NCBI GenBank assembly: GCA_034414555.1
Contig: DAOUMA010000005.1
Location: 41,220 to 105,219 of the forward strand
Reading direction: 5' to 3'
DNA length: 64,000 nt
Source: Dehalococcoidia bacterium
Lineage (GTDB): Bacteria > Chloroflexota > Dehalococcoidia > GIF9 > AB-539-J10
A program made the position numbers and the translations under genes. The stretch's first letter is position 1, and every line of letters begins with the position of its first letter. Positions 1-8,787 of this stretch are shown in pieces. The notes beneath the pieces are model-generated. The model saw nothing but the letters and a program-made list of their open reading frames with translations. It was not told the origin of the DNA and did not search any database.

Positions 1-154
1 AGGATTATGGAGACCTTGTTTTTGTCCATTCTTGCTCCATTGTAAGCGGAATCAGGGGCATAATTCAATACGTAGCTACAGACTTTCCTTCTCCTTCTAA
101 CTCCCTCCTGCCATATTTGCCCGGAAGGATCAGTATAGATTGCTTCGGCACGTT

Positions 155-199
155 GTGCCTCGCAATGACAAAAGAGGAGAGTGCCTCGCAATGACAAAA
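155..199 (+). promoter_or_regulatory. Tandem direct repeat (2 x 19 bp 'gtgcctcgcaatgacaaaa' separated by 7 bp) about 75 bp upstream of the MauE/DoxX-like ORF; candidate operator
   Basis: Exact 19-bp direct repeat read in the sequence at 155-173 and 181-199. A related core 'gcaatgacaa' recurs near 5441. Confidence 0.3.
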
Positions 200-272
200 A
201 AAGGCGTTCAAAAATGTCGTGTGAGGCTTTGGAGGTTGCGTGGCATAGTTACACATTCTATAATAGCGTGAT

Positions 273-779
273 ATGCCTCGTATCATAACCAAAGGGGACT
301 GGCGGAGAGATTTGATTGCCCTTGGCCCCACCACATTTGTGGGTTTGACCTTGTTTATCTCCGGGGCAGGCAAGATACCCGGTCAAACGGAATTTGTTGA
401 CTTGCTGATGAAGTCCTTCTGGACTCCGACTATGGCTTACTTCATCGGTCATGTTTTGCCTGTAGGGGAGATAATTCTGGGGCTGTTTTTAATTCTGGGG
501 ATATTTCCCCGAATTGCGGCTGGGTTGTGTCTCCCGCTCATCATTGGCTTTATGGCTAATAATTCCCTGGCAATAAGCCGAGGAATTGAAGCATTTCCCT
601 CATGCGGCTGCTTTGGGGTATGGGAAACGCTTTTCGGGATAGTGACACCAATGCAGGCAATGGTCTATGATATTGTGCTTTTAATGCTGGCGGTGATAGT
701 ATTGGTGTTTCATCCCAGTGGATTCTGGCACTTTCGTCCCTGGCTGATTAAAAAATGGAAATGGGAGGGCATAAAATGA
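273..779 (+). CDS. MauE/DoxX-family integral membrane protein
   Basis: 168 aa with 4-5 hydrophobic helices and a 'SCGCFG' motif typical of MauE/DoxX-type membrane proteins. Overlaps the next ORF by 25 nt. Confidence 0.5.
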   Translation: MPRIITKGDWRRDLIALGPTTFVGLTLFISGAGKIPGQTEFVDLLMKSFWTPTMAYFIGHVLPVGEIILGLFLILGIFPRIAAGLCLPLIIGFMANNSLAISRGIEAFPSCGCFGVWETLFGIVTPMQAMVYDIVLLMLAVIVLVFHPSGFWHFRPWLIKKWKWEGIK

Positions 780-1684
780 ATTTATGGTTACGGAAATGGC
801 TAGTTGGCTTGATTGTTCTCGTTGTTGCTATCGTTATTGCCTGCGGTTGCGGCCTAGTTAATCATTCCCCGGTTATCAACAGCCTCAAGGCTGCTAAAAC
901 GTTGGTGCTTCCTTCAGAAACGGTCAACATTGAATGTAATGCCACTTCTATTGCTGGCGGTAACCTGACTTATAACTGGTCAGCGAGTGGAGGCGTTATG
1001 CGTCCTCGGGCGAGCGGTGAATCTGGTGGCTGGACTGCTCCTGGTGAGCCGGGCAATTACACCGTCACGGTTAATGTGACCGATGAGTATGGTAATGAAG
1101 CTACCGGCTCTATAATCATCACCGTGAGGACTAACAGGCCTCCAATAATTACTAACTTGACTGCGTGTGGAGATCGGGTGGTTCCTTCAGGTAATTGCCA
1201 GATAGAGTGCCAGGCTGAAGACCCTGATAATGACCAGTTGACTTATAAGTGGGAAGCTGAAGGTGGTAACATTACTGGTGAAGGCCCTATAGTTAACTGG
1301 ACTGCTCCTCAACAACCGGGCAGTTATAATATCACTGTGCTGGTCGAGGACAGCATGGGAGGTATTTGCACCACTTCGGTGACTATCAATGTGGGGGTTA
1401 ATCATCTACCGGTCATCGAGAGCTTGACTGCTGAGAAAACCAGAATTCTGCAGGGTACGAGTTGTAATATTGATTGTATTGCTTCGGACCCCGATAATGA
1501 TAAACTCAGCTACTCCTGGTCAATCGATGCCGGGAATATCTCCGGAAGTGGGTCTGAGGTTGAGTGGACTGCGCCTCCACGCGGAGGGCAATTCATCATT
1601 ACGGCAACCGTCTCGGATGAACATGGTGGCGTAGCCAGCCAGCAAGTGCTCATCACCGTGGTAACTTGTTCCTGCCAGTTGTAG
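755..1684 (+). CDS. Membrane-anchored secreted protein with three tandem ~90-aa PKD-like repeats
   Basis: N-terminal TM/signal anchor (LVGLIVLVVAIVIACGCG). Three repeats each carry a conserved Cys pair and a 'DPDND.L[ST]Y.W ... WTAP' motif resembling PKD/Ig-like domains. Confidence 0.65.
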   Translation: MEMGGHKMNLWLRKWLVGLIVLVVAIVIACGCGLVNHSPVINSLKAAKTLVLPSETVNIECNATSIAGGNLTYNWSASGGVMRPRASGESGGWTAPGEPGNYTVTVNVTDEYGNEATGSIIITVRTNRPPIITNLTACGDRVVPSGNCQIECQAEDPDNDQLTYKWEAEGGNITGEGPIVNWTAPQQPGSYNITVLVEDSMGGICTTSVTINVGVNHLPVIESLTAEKTRILQGTSCNIDCIASDPDNDKLSYSWSIDAGNISGSGSEVEWTAPPRGGQFIITATVSDEHGGVASQQVLITVVTCSCQL

Positions 1685-2393
1685 CCAGGGGCACGATTTT
1701 TACCTTGCCCCAGATTCCCATCTTGTCGTCCTTGATGATGATTATGCCATATAACCCGGCGATGTCTTTGGCTTTCTCAATTGCTTGAGGAATAGCATCT
1801 ATGTCTTTGACCATGTTGCCTACGGCAGTAGCGATGGCATCTGCCAGAGCTGTGGATGATGAGAGGGCGACCGCAGCGTCTGCGCAGCCCAGGCTTAAGG
1901 AATGCCCTATGGTTCCCGATGAGGTGCATATCCCCAGAGGCGTTTCTTGGGGCTTAATTTCCAGGGCGATTTTGCCAGTAAGGGGGGATTCCCCGGCATA
2001 AATGCCCACCAGCCTTTTTTTCGATGTTTTCAGGAATATATCGCCGCCGTTTTCCACGATTATCTCGGGCGAGAAAGGGAGCAGATCCCTGCCCACGGCT
2101 TCAGCGATGGCGCCAGCTACAGCTGACATAGGACCAGTGCCGGCTATTTTGCTTGCTATTGTCATTTCTTTGATAATGGCTGGAGCGTTTTGTTCTGCTG
2201 GATATGGCTCGAGCGTTGTTAAAAATAAGGGGTGGTGCTGGATATATCCTTCCAGAGAGCGGCGGTGTTTCATCACAGATTTAAATGCCTTATCCTTGAG
2301 GTTGTGTTGTGCTCGGATATACAGGTTGGTCTGTTTTACCACAACATTGAAGGAAACTAAGTCGGTGTCTTTAATCCCGAGGCGATAGAACAT
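1653..2393 (-). CDS. UPF0280/ApbE-like family protein
   Basis: 246-aa Gly/Ala-rich alpha/beta protein with ApbE-like appearance. Sits in the same minus-strand block as the homocysteine and Thi4 genes. Confidence 0.5.
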   Translation of the reverse strand: MFYRLGIKDTDLVSFNVVVKQTNLYIRAQHNLKDKAFKSVMKHRRSLEGYIQHHPLFLTTLEPYPAEQNAPAIIKEMTIASKIAGTGPMSAVAGAIAEAVGRDLLPFSPEIIVENGGDIFLKTSKKRLVGIYAGESPLTGKIALEIKPQETPLGICTSSGTIGHSLSLGCADAAVALSSSTALADAIATAVGNMVKDIDAIPQAIEKAKDIAGLYGIIIIKDDKMGIWGKVKIVPLATTGRNKLPR

Positions 2394-2804
2394 TTAGAAA
2401 TATAATTCCATAGCTCGAGGGGGGCAAGCCTGAACGCATAACCCACAAACCACGCATTTATTATGGTCAAAAAGCACCTTTCTTGTTTCAGGGTCTATGG
2501 AGAAAGCACCCGTAGGGCACAGGTTGACACAGGCGCCACAGTGGGTGCATCTGGTTTCATTGCGAACTACATCCTGGCTCAAGGATTGAATTTTCACTCC
2601 CACTTTGGTGAGGTACTGGATACCTTTGTCGTAATTTCTCTGGTCGCCGCTTAACTCCATAACCATCAGCCCTTCCTCTCCTGGTGTAACCGAGGCTTTA
2701 AGGATGTTAAAAGTAAGGTCGAAGTCCTTAGCCAGTCGGCACACTATGGATTGATTGGTAATGCGGGGAGGGAAGTGCAGCACTATTCTTCGGGAAACGT
2801 CCAT
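2394..2804 (-). CDS. NIL-domain protein fused to a 2x[4Fe-4S] ferredoxin (MA1822-like partner of COG1900)
   Basis: C-terminal motifs CTHCGACVNLCP and CVVCGLCVQACP; N-terminal ~70 aa NIL-like domain; 4-nt gap to the COG1900 gene. Confidence 0.7.
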   Translation of the reverse strand: MDVSRRIVLHFPPRITNQSIVCRLAKDFDLTFNILKASVTPGEEGLMVMELSGDQRNYDKGIQYLTKVGVKIQSLSQDVVRNETRCTHCGACVNLCPTGAFSIDPETRKVLFDHNKCVVCGLCVQACPPRAMELYF

Positions 2805-2808
2805 CTCA

Positions 2809-4017
2809 TCACTCCATTATCGGTCTTTCCTTAAGAGGCTTAATAGTTATCCCTGATTCTGCTCCGGGCAAAGGTGCTACTGGTTCGGTAAGTCTAAATT
2901 CGCCCTTTGCTATCCATAGTTTCAAGGTATTAGCGATTTCCTGAGCTTTATAGTAGCTGGATAAAGAAGCGGTGGGGACATCCTTTCCGTGAATTTTTAT
3001 GTGACCGCTTTTCAGTTCAGCGTAGCTCACTTCGCCGAGATTGCCCGCTTTCATTTTAGGGTAAGCTTCAGAATAGTCGATGATAGGGGCGAATATTTCA
3101 GCATCGGTCACAGTGGTATAGCGTAAAATCTCTTCAGAGAGTATCGGTATAGGAACGCCTATCCCTACGCTCAGGGTGCAACCATAGCCAAGCATGCTGG
3201 TTCCCACCAACCATTCTGGTTTCATCTGTTTTAAATCGCCGATTACCGCTAAAGTCCCGGCGGGCTCTAAGGGCACTCCATTATCCCCTCGGGGGACATC
3301 GGGATTGTGTTGTGTACCATGCCAGGCGACATAGCCCACGCCACCACCCAGGAATATCTTGGTTCCTATGCCTATGGTTTTATAATAGGGGTCATTAAGC
3401 AAGGGGGAAAGCTGTCCCGAGGTGCAGTAATTAGCGTTGCCCAGCTGTGGTTTCAACACACCCATATAGGTATAAATCATTCGGTTCGATAGGTTTACCC
3501 CGACATCATAGTTCTGGTAGGCGTTCCTTATGTTAAACAGGATGGCGTTATTTATGTCGTTGATGTTAATCCATGTTTCCAGCTTCTTTCTGGGGTAGCA
3601 GTCAGTCCCATAAGCGATAGCTTCTAACCTTATGTTTTTTCCGGCTACCAGCTCCTCGATGATATGTCCGCCGCCATACTGAAATTCGCCAGGATAGATT
3701 TTGTTTCTGGGGTCATCATCGGGCAAAGCAGTTGCGCCGAGGAAGATATCCACGGCTGCCAGACCGGTGTAGGCTGGAACATCGTTTAGATAAACCTTGC
3801 CGCCGCCAAACTTCATCCTCGGCGTGGAATGGCCGATGTTTAGAAACACGCCTGAAGAGCACATCGGGCTGAAGGTGCCCGTGGTAACGACATCGATTTC
3901 CTCGGCTGTCCTGGTAATGCCCTTTTCGCGGGCAATATCAATTATCTCTTCAGCGGTTACCACCGCCGCCTTTCCTTGTTTAATTTTTTCGTTAATCTCA
4001 GCGATTGTCTTTGCCAT
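2809..4017 (-). CDS. COG1900/DUF39 homocysteine-biosynthesis protein (MA1821-like; aspartate-semialdehyde sulfurtransferase family)
   Basis: 402 aa with a characteristic DUF39 core (…TGTFSPMCSSG…GGGHIIEELV…). Directly adjacent to a NIL-ferredoxin, as in the methanogen MA1821/MA1822 pair. Confidence 0.7.
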   Translation of the reverse strand: MAKTIAEINEKIKQGKAAVVTAEEIIDIAREKGITRTAEEIDVVTTGTFSPMCSSGVFLNIGHSTPRMKFGGGKVYLNDVPAYTGLAAVDIFLGATALPDDDPRNKIYPGEFQYGGGHIIEELVAGKNIRLEAIAYGTDCYPRKKLETWININDINNAILFNIRNAYQNYDVGVNLSNRMIYTYMGVLKPQLGNANYCTSGQLSPLLNDPYYKTIGIGTKIFLGGGVGYVAWHGTQHNPDVPRGDNGVPLEPAGTLAVIGDLKQMKPEWLVGTSMLGYGCTLSVGIGVPIPILSEEILRYTTVTDAEIFAPIIDYSEAYPKMKAGNLGEVSYAELKSGHIKIHGKDVPTASLSSYYKAQEIANTLKLWIAKGEFRLTEPVAPLPGAESGITIKPLKERPIME

Positions 4018-4019
4018 TG

Positions 4020-4793
4020 TTATTTCAGTAATTTTATAGCCAGCTCAGCAGCCTCTCTGCCTGATAGAAGCATGCCTCCGAATATTGGTCCCATCCTGGG
4101 CAAACCAAAGGCGGCACTCGCTGCCATGCCGGCAACTATTAATCCGGGATAAACCTCTTTAGTGTTTTTCACAACCTGTTTCTCAGCCATATCAGCCCAC
4201 ATCGGTTTTTCGCCGATTATGTTTCCTGTGGACGTCCTGAGCTTAGCGCCTATTTTCCTGGTGACCAGATGACAAACCTCACAATCATGCCCCGTAGCAT
4301 CAATTACCAGTTTAGCTTTCATAGCCAGGGGGTCGATATGTAAATTTGCTATGGGCACAGCGCTCCAGTTCAACACCAGCCCGCTAACTTTATCGTTTTC
4401 TTTGATAACCACATCTTCAACATTAACCAAGTTGAATATCCTGGCGCCAGCTTTTACCGCTTGCAAGCAGAGGGCAGAAGCCACCTCTATGGCGCGGGCA
4501 ACATAATAGCCTTCCTGGTATTTAGTAGTGGTGATGCCGAATTCATCGAGTATTTTCTTGCCTTTATCCTGGACTACAATTCTATTGAACATCATTCCAC
4601 CACCCCATATGCCGCCCCCAATGCTCACTCTCTTTTCGAAGATGACGGTGTTTATTTTTTCCTTTGCCAGATAACAGGCAGCAACCAGCCCTGACGGTCC
4701 GGCACCCACTATAGCAACATCGACCTCCATTGCCTCAAGAAGGTCTTTTATGTAGCTTTCAGTTATCGCTTTGGAGATAATGACTTCATCCAT
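4020..4793 (-). CDS. thi4: Thiazole synthase, Thi4 family (archaeal/eukaryotic type)
   Basis: FAD/NAD dinucleotide motif VAIVGAGPSGLVAA and overall Thi4-like sequence (…GGGIWGGGMMF…). Confidence 0.8.
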   Translation of the reverse strand: MDEVIISKAITESYIKDLLEAMEVDVAIVGAGPSGLVAACYLAKEKINTVIFEKRVSIGGGIWGGGMMFNRIVVQDKGKKILDEFGITTTKYQEGYYVARAIEVASALCLQAVKAGARIFNLVNVEDVVIKENDKVSGLVLNWSAVPIANLHIDPLAMKAKLVIDATGHDCEVCHLVTRKIGAKLRTSTGNIIGEKPMWADMAEKQVVKNTKEVYPGLIVAGMAASAAFGLPRMGPIFGGMLLSGREAAELAIKLLK

Positions 4794-4838
4794 TAGCGTG
4801 CAATATTGGGATAGTATATGCTATTTAGCTAGTATTTG

Positions 4839-5069
4839 CTAGGGATTAGCGGCCCACAATCCTCGTTTTTGCTCTCGTGCCTCTCTCTCCAATTGGAGAA
4901 AATATTCTTGGTATTTGGTGTTTGGTGAATAGGAGTAACAATAGGCATAGCCTAGTTTAACAAGTTCAGCGTTAACCATAGTATTGTCCACCCATACGTA
5001 CCTGAGCAAGCGACCATATTCGTCTTTATCCTCAATGTCCTTTTCCAGGTAAACTTTCTTTCCCTCAAT
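4839..5069 (-). pseudogene. 3' remnant of a thermonuclease (staphylococcal-nuclease-like) gene; N-terminal ~half missing, no start codon
   Basis: The minus-strand frame between stop codons reads IEGKKVYLEKDIEDKDEYGRLLRYVWVDNTMVNAELVKLGYAYCYSYSPNTKYQEYFLQLEREAREQKRGLWAANP*. This matches the conserved C-terminal half of SNase-family nucleases (…YGR.LAYV..D…N..LV..G.A…). Upstream sequence is non-coding. Confidence 0.45.
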
Positions 5070-5221
5070 TCAGGCTTAGTTTTCATAAAGTTCTCGCTGT
5101 GAATCTATAGTGATTATACAGGAAAACTAAGGCTTGATAACTTTTTGTGTCTTTGAGAGCGAAGCGTGGCAATCTCATCCTCCGACTGACGGATAAGCGA
5201 AGCAACGCTGCATGTTAGAGA

Positions 5222-5370
5222 TTGTTTAGCAACCTATCTTCCTGCCCCCTTCCCTTGCTAAGGGAAGGGGGAGTGTAGGTAAGAGAGGGGTGAACCCCCT
5301 CTCCATAGATTTCTTCCCCTCTCCTTTGAAGGAGAGGGGGATAAAGGGGGTGAGGTTAGTAAACACTCTC
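5222..5370 (+). repeat. Intergenic repeat element copy 1 (~150 bp, three consecutive GC-rich hairpins)
   Basis: About 88% identical to 51608-51757. The hairpins are ccccttccctt-gcta-aagggaagggg, agagagggg-tgaa-ccccctctc and cccctctcct-ttga-aggagagggg, followed by the conserved tail gataaagggggtgaggttagtaaacactctc. Confidence 0.8.
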
Positions 5371-5524
5371 TATGTTACACAGGTTGTTATGGGTGCAAGC
5401 GAGGTATCTCTCTTGCAGATTGCTTCGTCGCTGACGTTTCTTGCAATGACAAGGTCGGCTTTTTCAGAGGTGGATGAAACTTGGCTCTTTAATTTGCCTC
5501 TGAAATGGGCTAAACTTTATCACC

Positions 5525-7969
5525 ATGGCGTTGAAATACAATCCCTGGGAAATTGAGAAAAAGTGGCAGGATAAATGGGCCGCCGATGGCATTTATGAGG
5601 TAAGTGAGGAAAGCGACCGCCCTAAATTTTATGCCCTGACCATGCTCCCCTATACCTCAGGGGACCTCCATATCGGGCATTGGTATGCTATGGCTCCTTC
5701 GGATGTGTATGCCCGATTTAAGAGGATGCGGGGTTATAATGTGCTTCACCCGATGGGGTTTGATGCTTTTGGGCTTCCTGCCGAGAACGCCGCTATTAGC
5801 CATGGTATCCATCCCTATGTATGGACGATGAAGAACATCGAGAATATGCGCCGCCAGTTAAAAAGCATAGGCGCAATCTATGATTGGAAGCGCGAGGTGA
5901 TTACCTGCCTTCCTGAATATTATAAATGGACACAGTGGTTTTTCTTAAAGCTTTACCATGCTGGATTGGCTTATCGGGCTAAGGCGCCAGTTAACTGGTG
6001 TCCTAAGTGTCAGACAGTATTGGCTAACGAACAGGTGGTAGGTGAGGGATTATGTGAGCGTTGCGGCACTCAGGTGACTAAAAAGGATATGGAGCAGTGG
6101 TTCTTTAGAATCACCAAGTATGCCGAAGAACTCCTTGACCACAGTCAAATAGATTGGCCGGAACGCATAAAGATAATGCAGAAAAACTGGATTGGTAAAA
6201 GCGAAGGTGCTGAAATTTCCTTTGAGTTAGAACAAGAGGGCGTAGAGCAAAAGGAGATAAGGGTGTTTACCACTCGCCCTGATACTATTTTTGGAGTGAC
6301 CTTTTTCCTGCTAGCACCGGAACATCCTTTGGTTCCTTTGTTGACTACCCCGGAACATAAGGCTGAGGTTGAAAAGTATACTGAGTGGTGTCGGCGGCAA
6401 ACTGAATATGAGCGGACAGCCTTAGGCAGGGAAAAGACCGGGGTTTTCCTGGGAAGCTATGTCATCAATAGGTTGAATGGCGAGAAAGTGCCTATCTGGA
6501 TCACTGATTATGTGATGCTTAGTTACGGCACTGGAGCGGTGATGGGGGTACCTGCTCATGATGAGCGAGACCTGGAATTTGCTCGAGAATTTAGCTTGCC
6601 TGTTCGTCCTGTCATTGCTCCTCCTGGCTGGTTGGGTGAGGAAACTCCGCTGCTGTATATTGAGCAAGGCGTGATGATAAATTCCGGTGAATTTACCGGG
6701 TTGTCCAGTGAACGAGGGAGTAAGGCGATTTGCGATTTGTTAACGGAAAAGGGGTGGGGTAAACCAGCTGTTAGTTATCGACTCCGGGATTGGCTCATCT
6801 CGAGACAGAGATACTGGGGAGCGCCGATACCTATAGTTTACTGTGATAAATGTGGCATAGTTCCTGTGCCTGAAGAGAAATTACCTGTTTTACTTCCTCC
6901 TGATGCTGAATTTAAGCCCACCGGTGAGTCTCCTCTTAAATACTGTCCCTCGTTTGTCAACACTACCTGCCCTCAGTGCTCTGGTCCAGCAAAGAGGGAA
7001 ACTGATACTATGGATACCTTCATGTGCTCTAATTGGTATTTCCTGCGATATACTAGCCCCAAAGCGAGCGATGCTCCATTTGATGCTGAAAAGATAAAGT
7101 ATTGGCTGCCAGTTGACATGTATACTGGCGGTGCCGAGCATGCAGTGATGCATCTTCTTTACGCTCGTTTTTTTACCAAAGCATTGAGAGATATAGGTCT
7201 GGTTGATTTTGCCGAGCCATTTACTCGTCTATTTAATCAGGGCACCATAATTTACCATGGTGGCAAGATGAGTAAGTCTAAAGGAAATGTAATTGCTCCG
7301 GATGAATACGTAGCCGAGTTAGGCGCAGATGCTGTTCGGGGTTATTTAATGTTTGTGGGACCATGGGAGTCCGGTGGTGAATGGAGTGATAGCGGTATTG
7401 TAGGCATAAGCCGCTGGCTGAACAGAGTATGGAGCTTGGTAGTGACAGACTATGTTAGCCTGGAAGTCGAATCTGAAGGTGAGAGAGAACTTCGCCGAAT
7501 TGTTCACAAGACAATTAAGAAGGTGACTGAGGATTTGGAAAAATTTCGCTTTAATACTATGGTAGCTAGCCTTATGGAGTTAACCAATTACCTATCCAAA
7601 GTACAGGAAGTGAGGAATGTCTCACTTCTGCTGTGGCAAGAAGCTATTAGCTATTTTTTGCTTCTTCTTGCTCCCACCGCTCCTCACCTTGCTGAGGAAT
7701 TATGGGTTAGGAGTGGTCATTCTTACAGCGTTCATAATCAATTCTGGCCGAAGTTTGACGAAGAGCTTGCCAAAGAGGCAGAAATTACGCTACCGATAGA
7801 GGTAAATGGTAAGTTACGTGACAAGTTGGTTGTGCCTGCTTCTATAACTGAAGTTGAAGTCAGGGAACTGGCGCTGAGTCGTGAGCGAATTAAAGCCTAC
7901 ACCAATGGTAAAAAGATTGATAGAATCATCTACATTCCTGGTCGAGTGATGAATATTGTGGTGAGATAA
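5525..7969 (+). CDS. leuS: Leucyl-tRNA synthetase
   Basis: 814 aa; HIGH motif (LHIGHWY), KMSKS motif, editing-domain features. Confidence 0.95.
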   Translation: MALKYNPWEIEKKWQDKWAADGIYEVSEESDRPKFYALTMLPYTSGDLHIGHWYAMAPSDVYARFKRMRGYNVLHPMGFDAFGLPAENAAISHGIHPYVWTMKNIENMRRQLKSIGAIYDWKREVITCLPEYYKWTQWFFLKLYHAGLAYRAKAPVNWCPKCQTVLANEQVVGEGLCERCGTQVTKKDMEQWFFRITKYAEELLDHSQIDWPERIKIMQKNWIGKSEGAEISFELEQEGVEQKEIRVFTTRPDTIFGVTFFLLAPEHPLVPLLTTPEHKAEVEKYTEWCRRQTEYERTALGREKTGVFLGSYVINRLNGEKVPIWITDYVMLSYGTGAVMGVPAHDERDLEFAREFSLPVRPVIAPPGWLGEETPLLYIEQGVMINSGEFTGLSSERGSKAICDLLTEKGWGKPAVSYRLRDWLISRQRYWGAPIPIVYCDKCGIVPVPEEKLPVLLPPDAEFKPTGESPLKYCPSFVNTTCPQCSGPAKRETDTMDTFMCSNWYFLRYTSPKASDAPFDAEKIKYWLPVDMYTGGAEHAVMHLLYARFFTKALRDIGLVDFAEPFTRLFNQGTIIYHGGKMSKSKGNVIAPDEYVAELGADAVRGYLMFVGPWESGGEWSDSGIVGISRWLNRVWSLVVTDYVSLEVESEGERELRRIVHKTIKKVTEDLEKFRFNTMVASLMELTNYLSKVQEVRNVSLLLWQEAISYFLLLLAPTAPHLAEELWVRSGHSYSVHNQFWPKFDEELAKEAEITLPIEVNGKLRDKLVVPASITEVEVRELALSRERIKAYTNGKKIDRIIYIPGRVMNIVVR

Positions 7970-7978
7970 AGGAGGGAT

Positions 7979-8770
7979 ATGAAAATAACATTTATTGGTG
8001 GTGGGACGATGGGAGAAGCAATGATTAAATGCCTTCTGGCTAAAAAGGTCGTTTTGCCTCAGGATATTGTGGTTAGCGATGTGAATGAATTAAGGCGTGA
8101 ATTATTAGCCCGAGAATATAAGGTGAAAACCTCTGCTGATAGTAGCAGAGCGGTGGAGAATGCTGATGTGGTTGTCCTGGCAATTAAGCCTAGGGATTTA
8201 GCGGAGGTGATGGAGGTCATAAGAGGGTCACTGCGCCAACAAGCCATATTATCCATAGTGGCTGGCGCTAGCTTATCTACTCTGAGTGATGGTTTAACTT
8301 ATCCTTATATCATTCGTGCTATGCCTAATATGCCTGCGCAGATTGGAGAAGGAATGACGGTATGGACTACGATGAGCGAAGCTACTCAGGAACATAAAAA
8401 GATGGCTCGCTCTATTCTTAGTGCTTTGGGTAAGGAACTTTATTTTCCCGATGAGAAGTATATTGATATGGCTACGGCTTTAAGTGGTAGTGGTCCAGCT
8501 TATGTATTTCTATTTATCGAAGTGCTTACCGATGCCGGCGTCCATATCGGTTTACCTTACAAAGCGGCTAAGGAATTAACACTACAGACGATACTTGGCT
8601 CTGCTTACATGGTGGAAAAGATGGAAAAACACCCTGCTGAGCTGAGAAACATGGTTACTTCTCCAGGTGGGACGACTGCTGAAGCTCTGGCTCAATTGGA
8701 GAGGGGAGGCTTTCGCTCCAGCATTCTTGAAGCTGTTATTGCTGCTTATGAGAAAGCCAAGCGACTTTAA
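7979..8770 (+). CDS. proC: Pyrroline-5-carboxylate reductase
   Basis: N-terminal Rossmann motif MKITFIGGGTMGEAM and a conserved P5CR C-terminal domain (SPGGTT). Confidence 0.9.
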   Translation: MKITFIGGGTMGEAMIKCLLAKKVVLPQDIVVSDVNELRRELLAREYKVKTSADSSRAVENADVVVLAIKPRDLAEVMEVIRGSLRQQAILSIVAGASLSTLSDGLTYPYIIRAMPNMPAQIGEGMTVWTTMSEATQEHKKMARSILSALGKELYFPDEKYIDMATALSGSGPAYVFLFIEVLTDAGVHIGLPYKAAKELTLQTILGSAYMVEKMEKHPAELRNMVTSPGGTTAEALAQLERGGFRSSILEAVIAAYEKAKRL

Positions 8771-8787
8771 GCAAGCAACAAGGTAAG

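Noticed and set aside
65-452. Minus-strand ORFs 65..373 and 258..452 at window start
   Set aside because: No family resemblance; they overlap the direct-repeat promoter region and the start of the MauE-like gene, so are likely spurious.
1801-2388. Plus-strand ORFs 1801..2001 and 2002..2388
   Set aside because: Antisense to the well-supported UPF0280/ApbE-like gene; Ala/Pro-rich translation typical of antisense frames.
5371-5524. Possible T-box leader upstream of leuS
   Set aside because: No T-box consensus (AATTAGGGTGGNACCGCG) or specifier/antiterminator arrangement found. The leader is instead occupied by the hairpin repeat.
5290-5556. 88-aa ORF (and 51592..51798, 68 aa) lying on the hairpin repeat
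   Set aside because: Both ORFs are simply translations of the GC-rich palindromic repeat, partly in different frames, giving low-complexity PLS/GEG peptides. There is no RBS or family resemblance, so they are not treated as genes.
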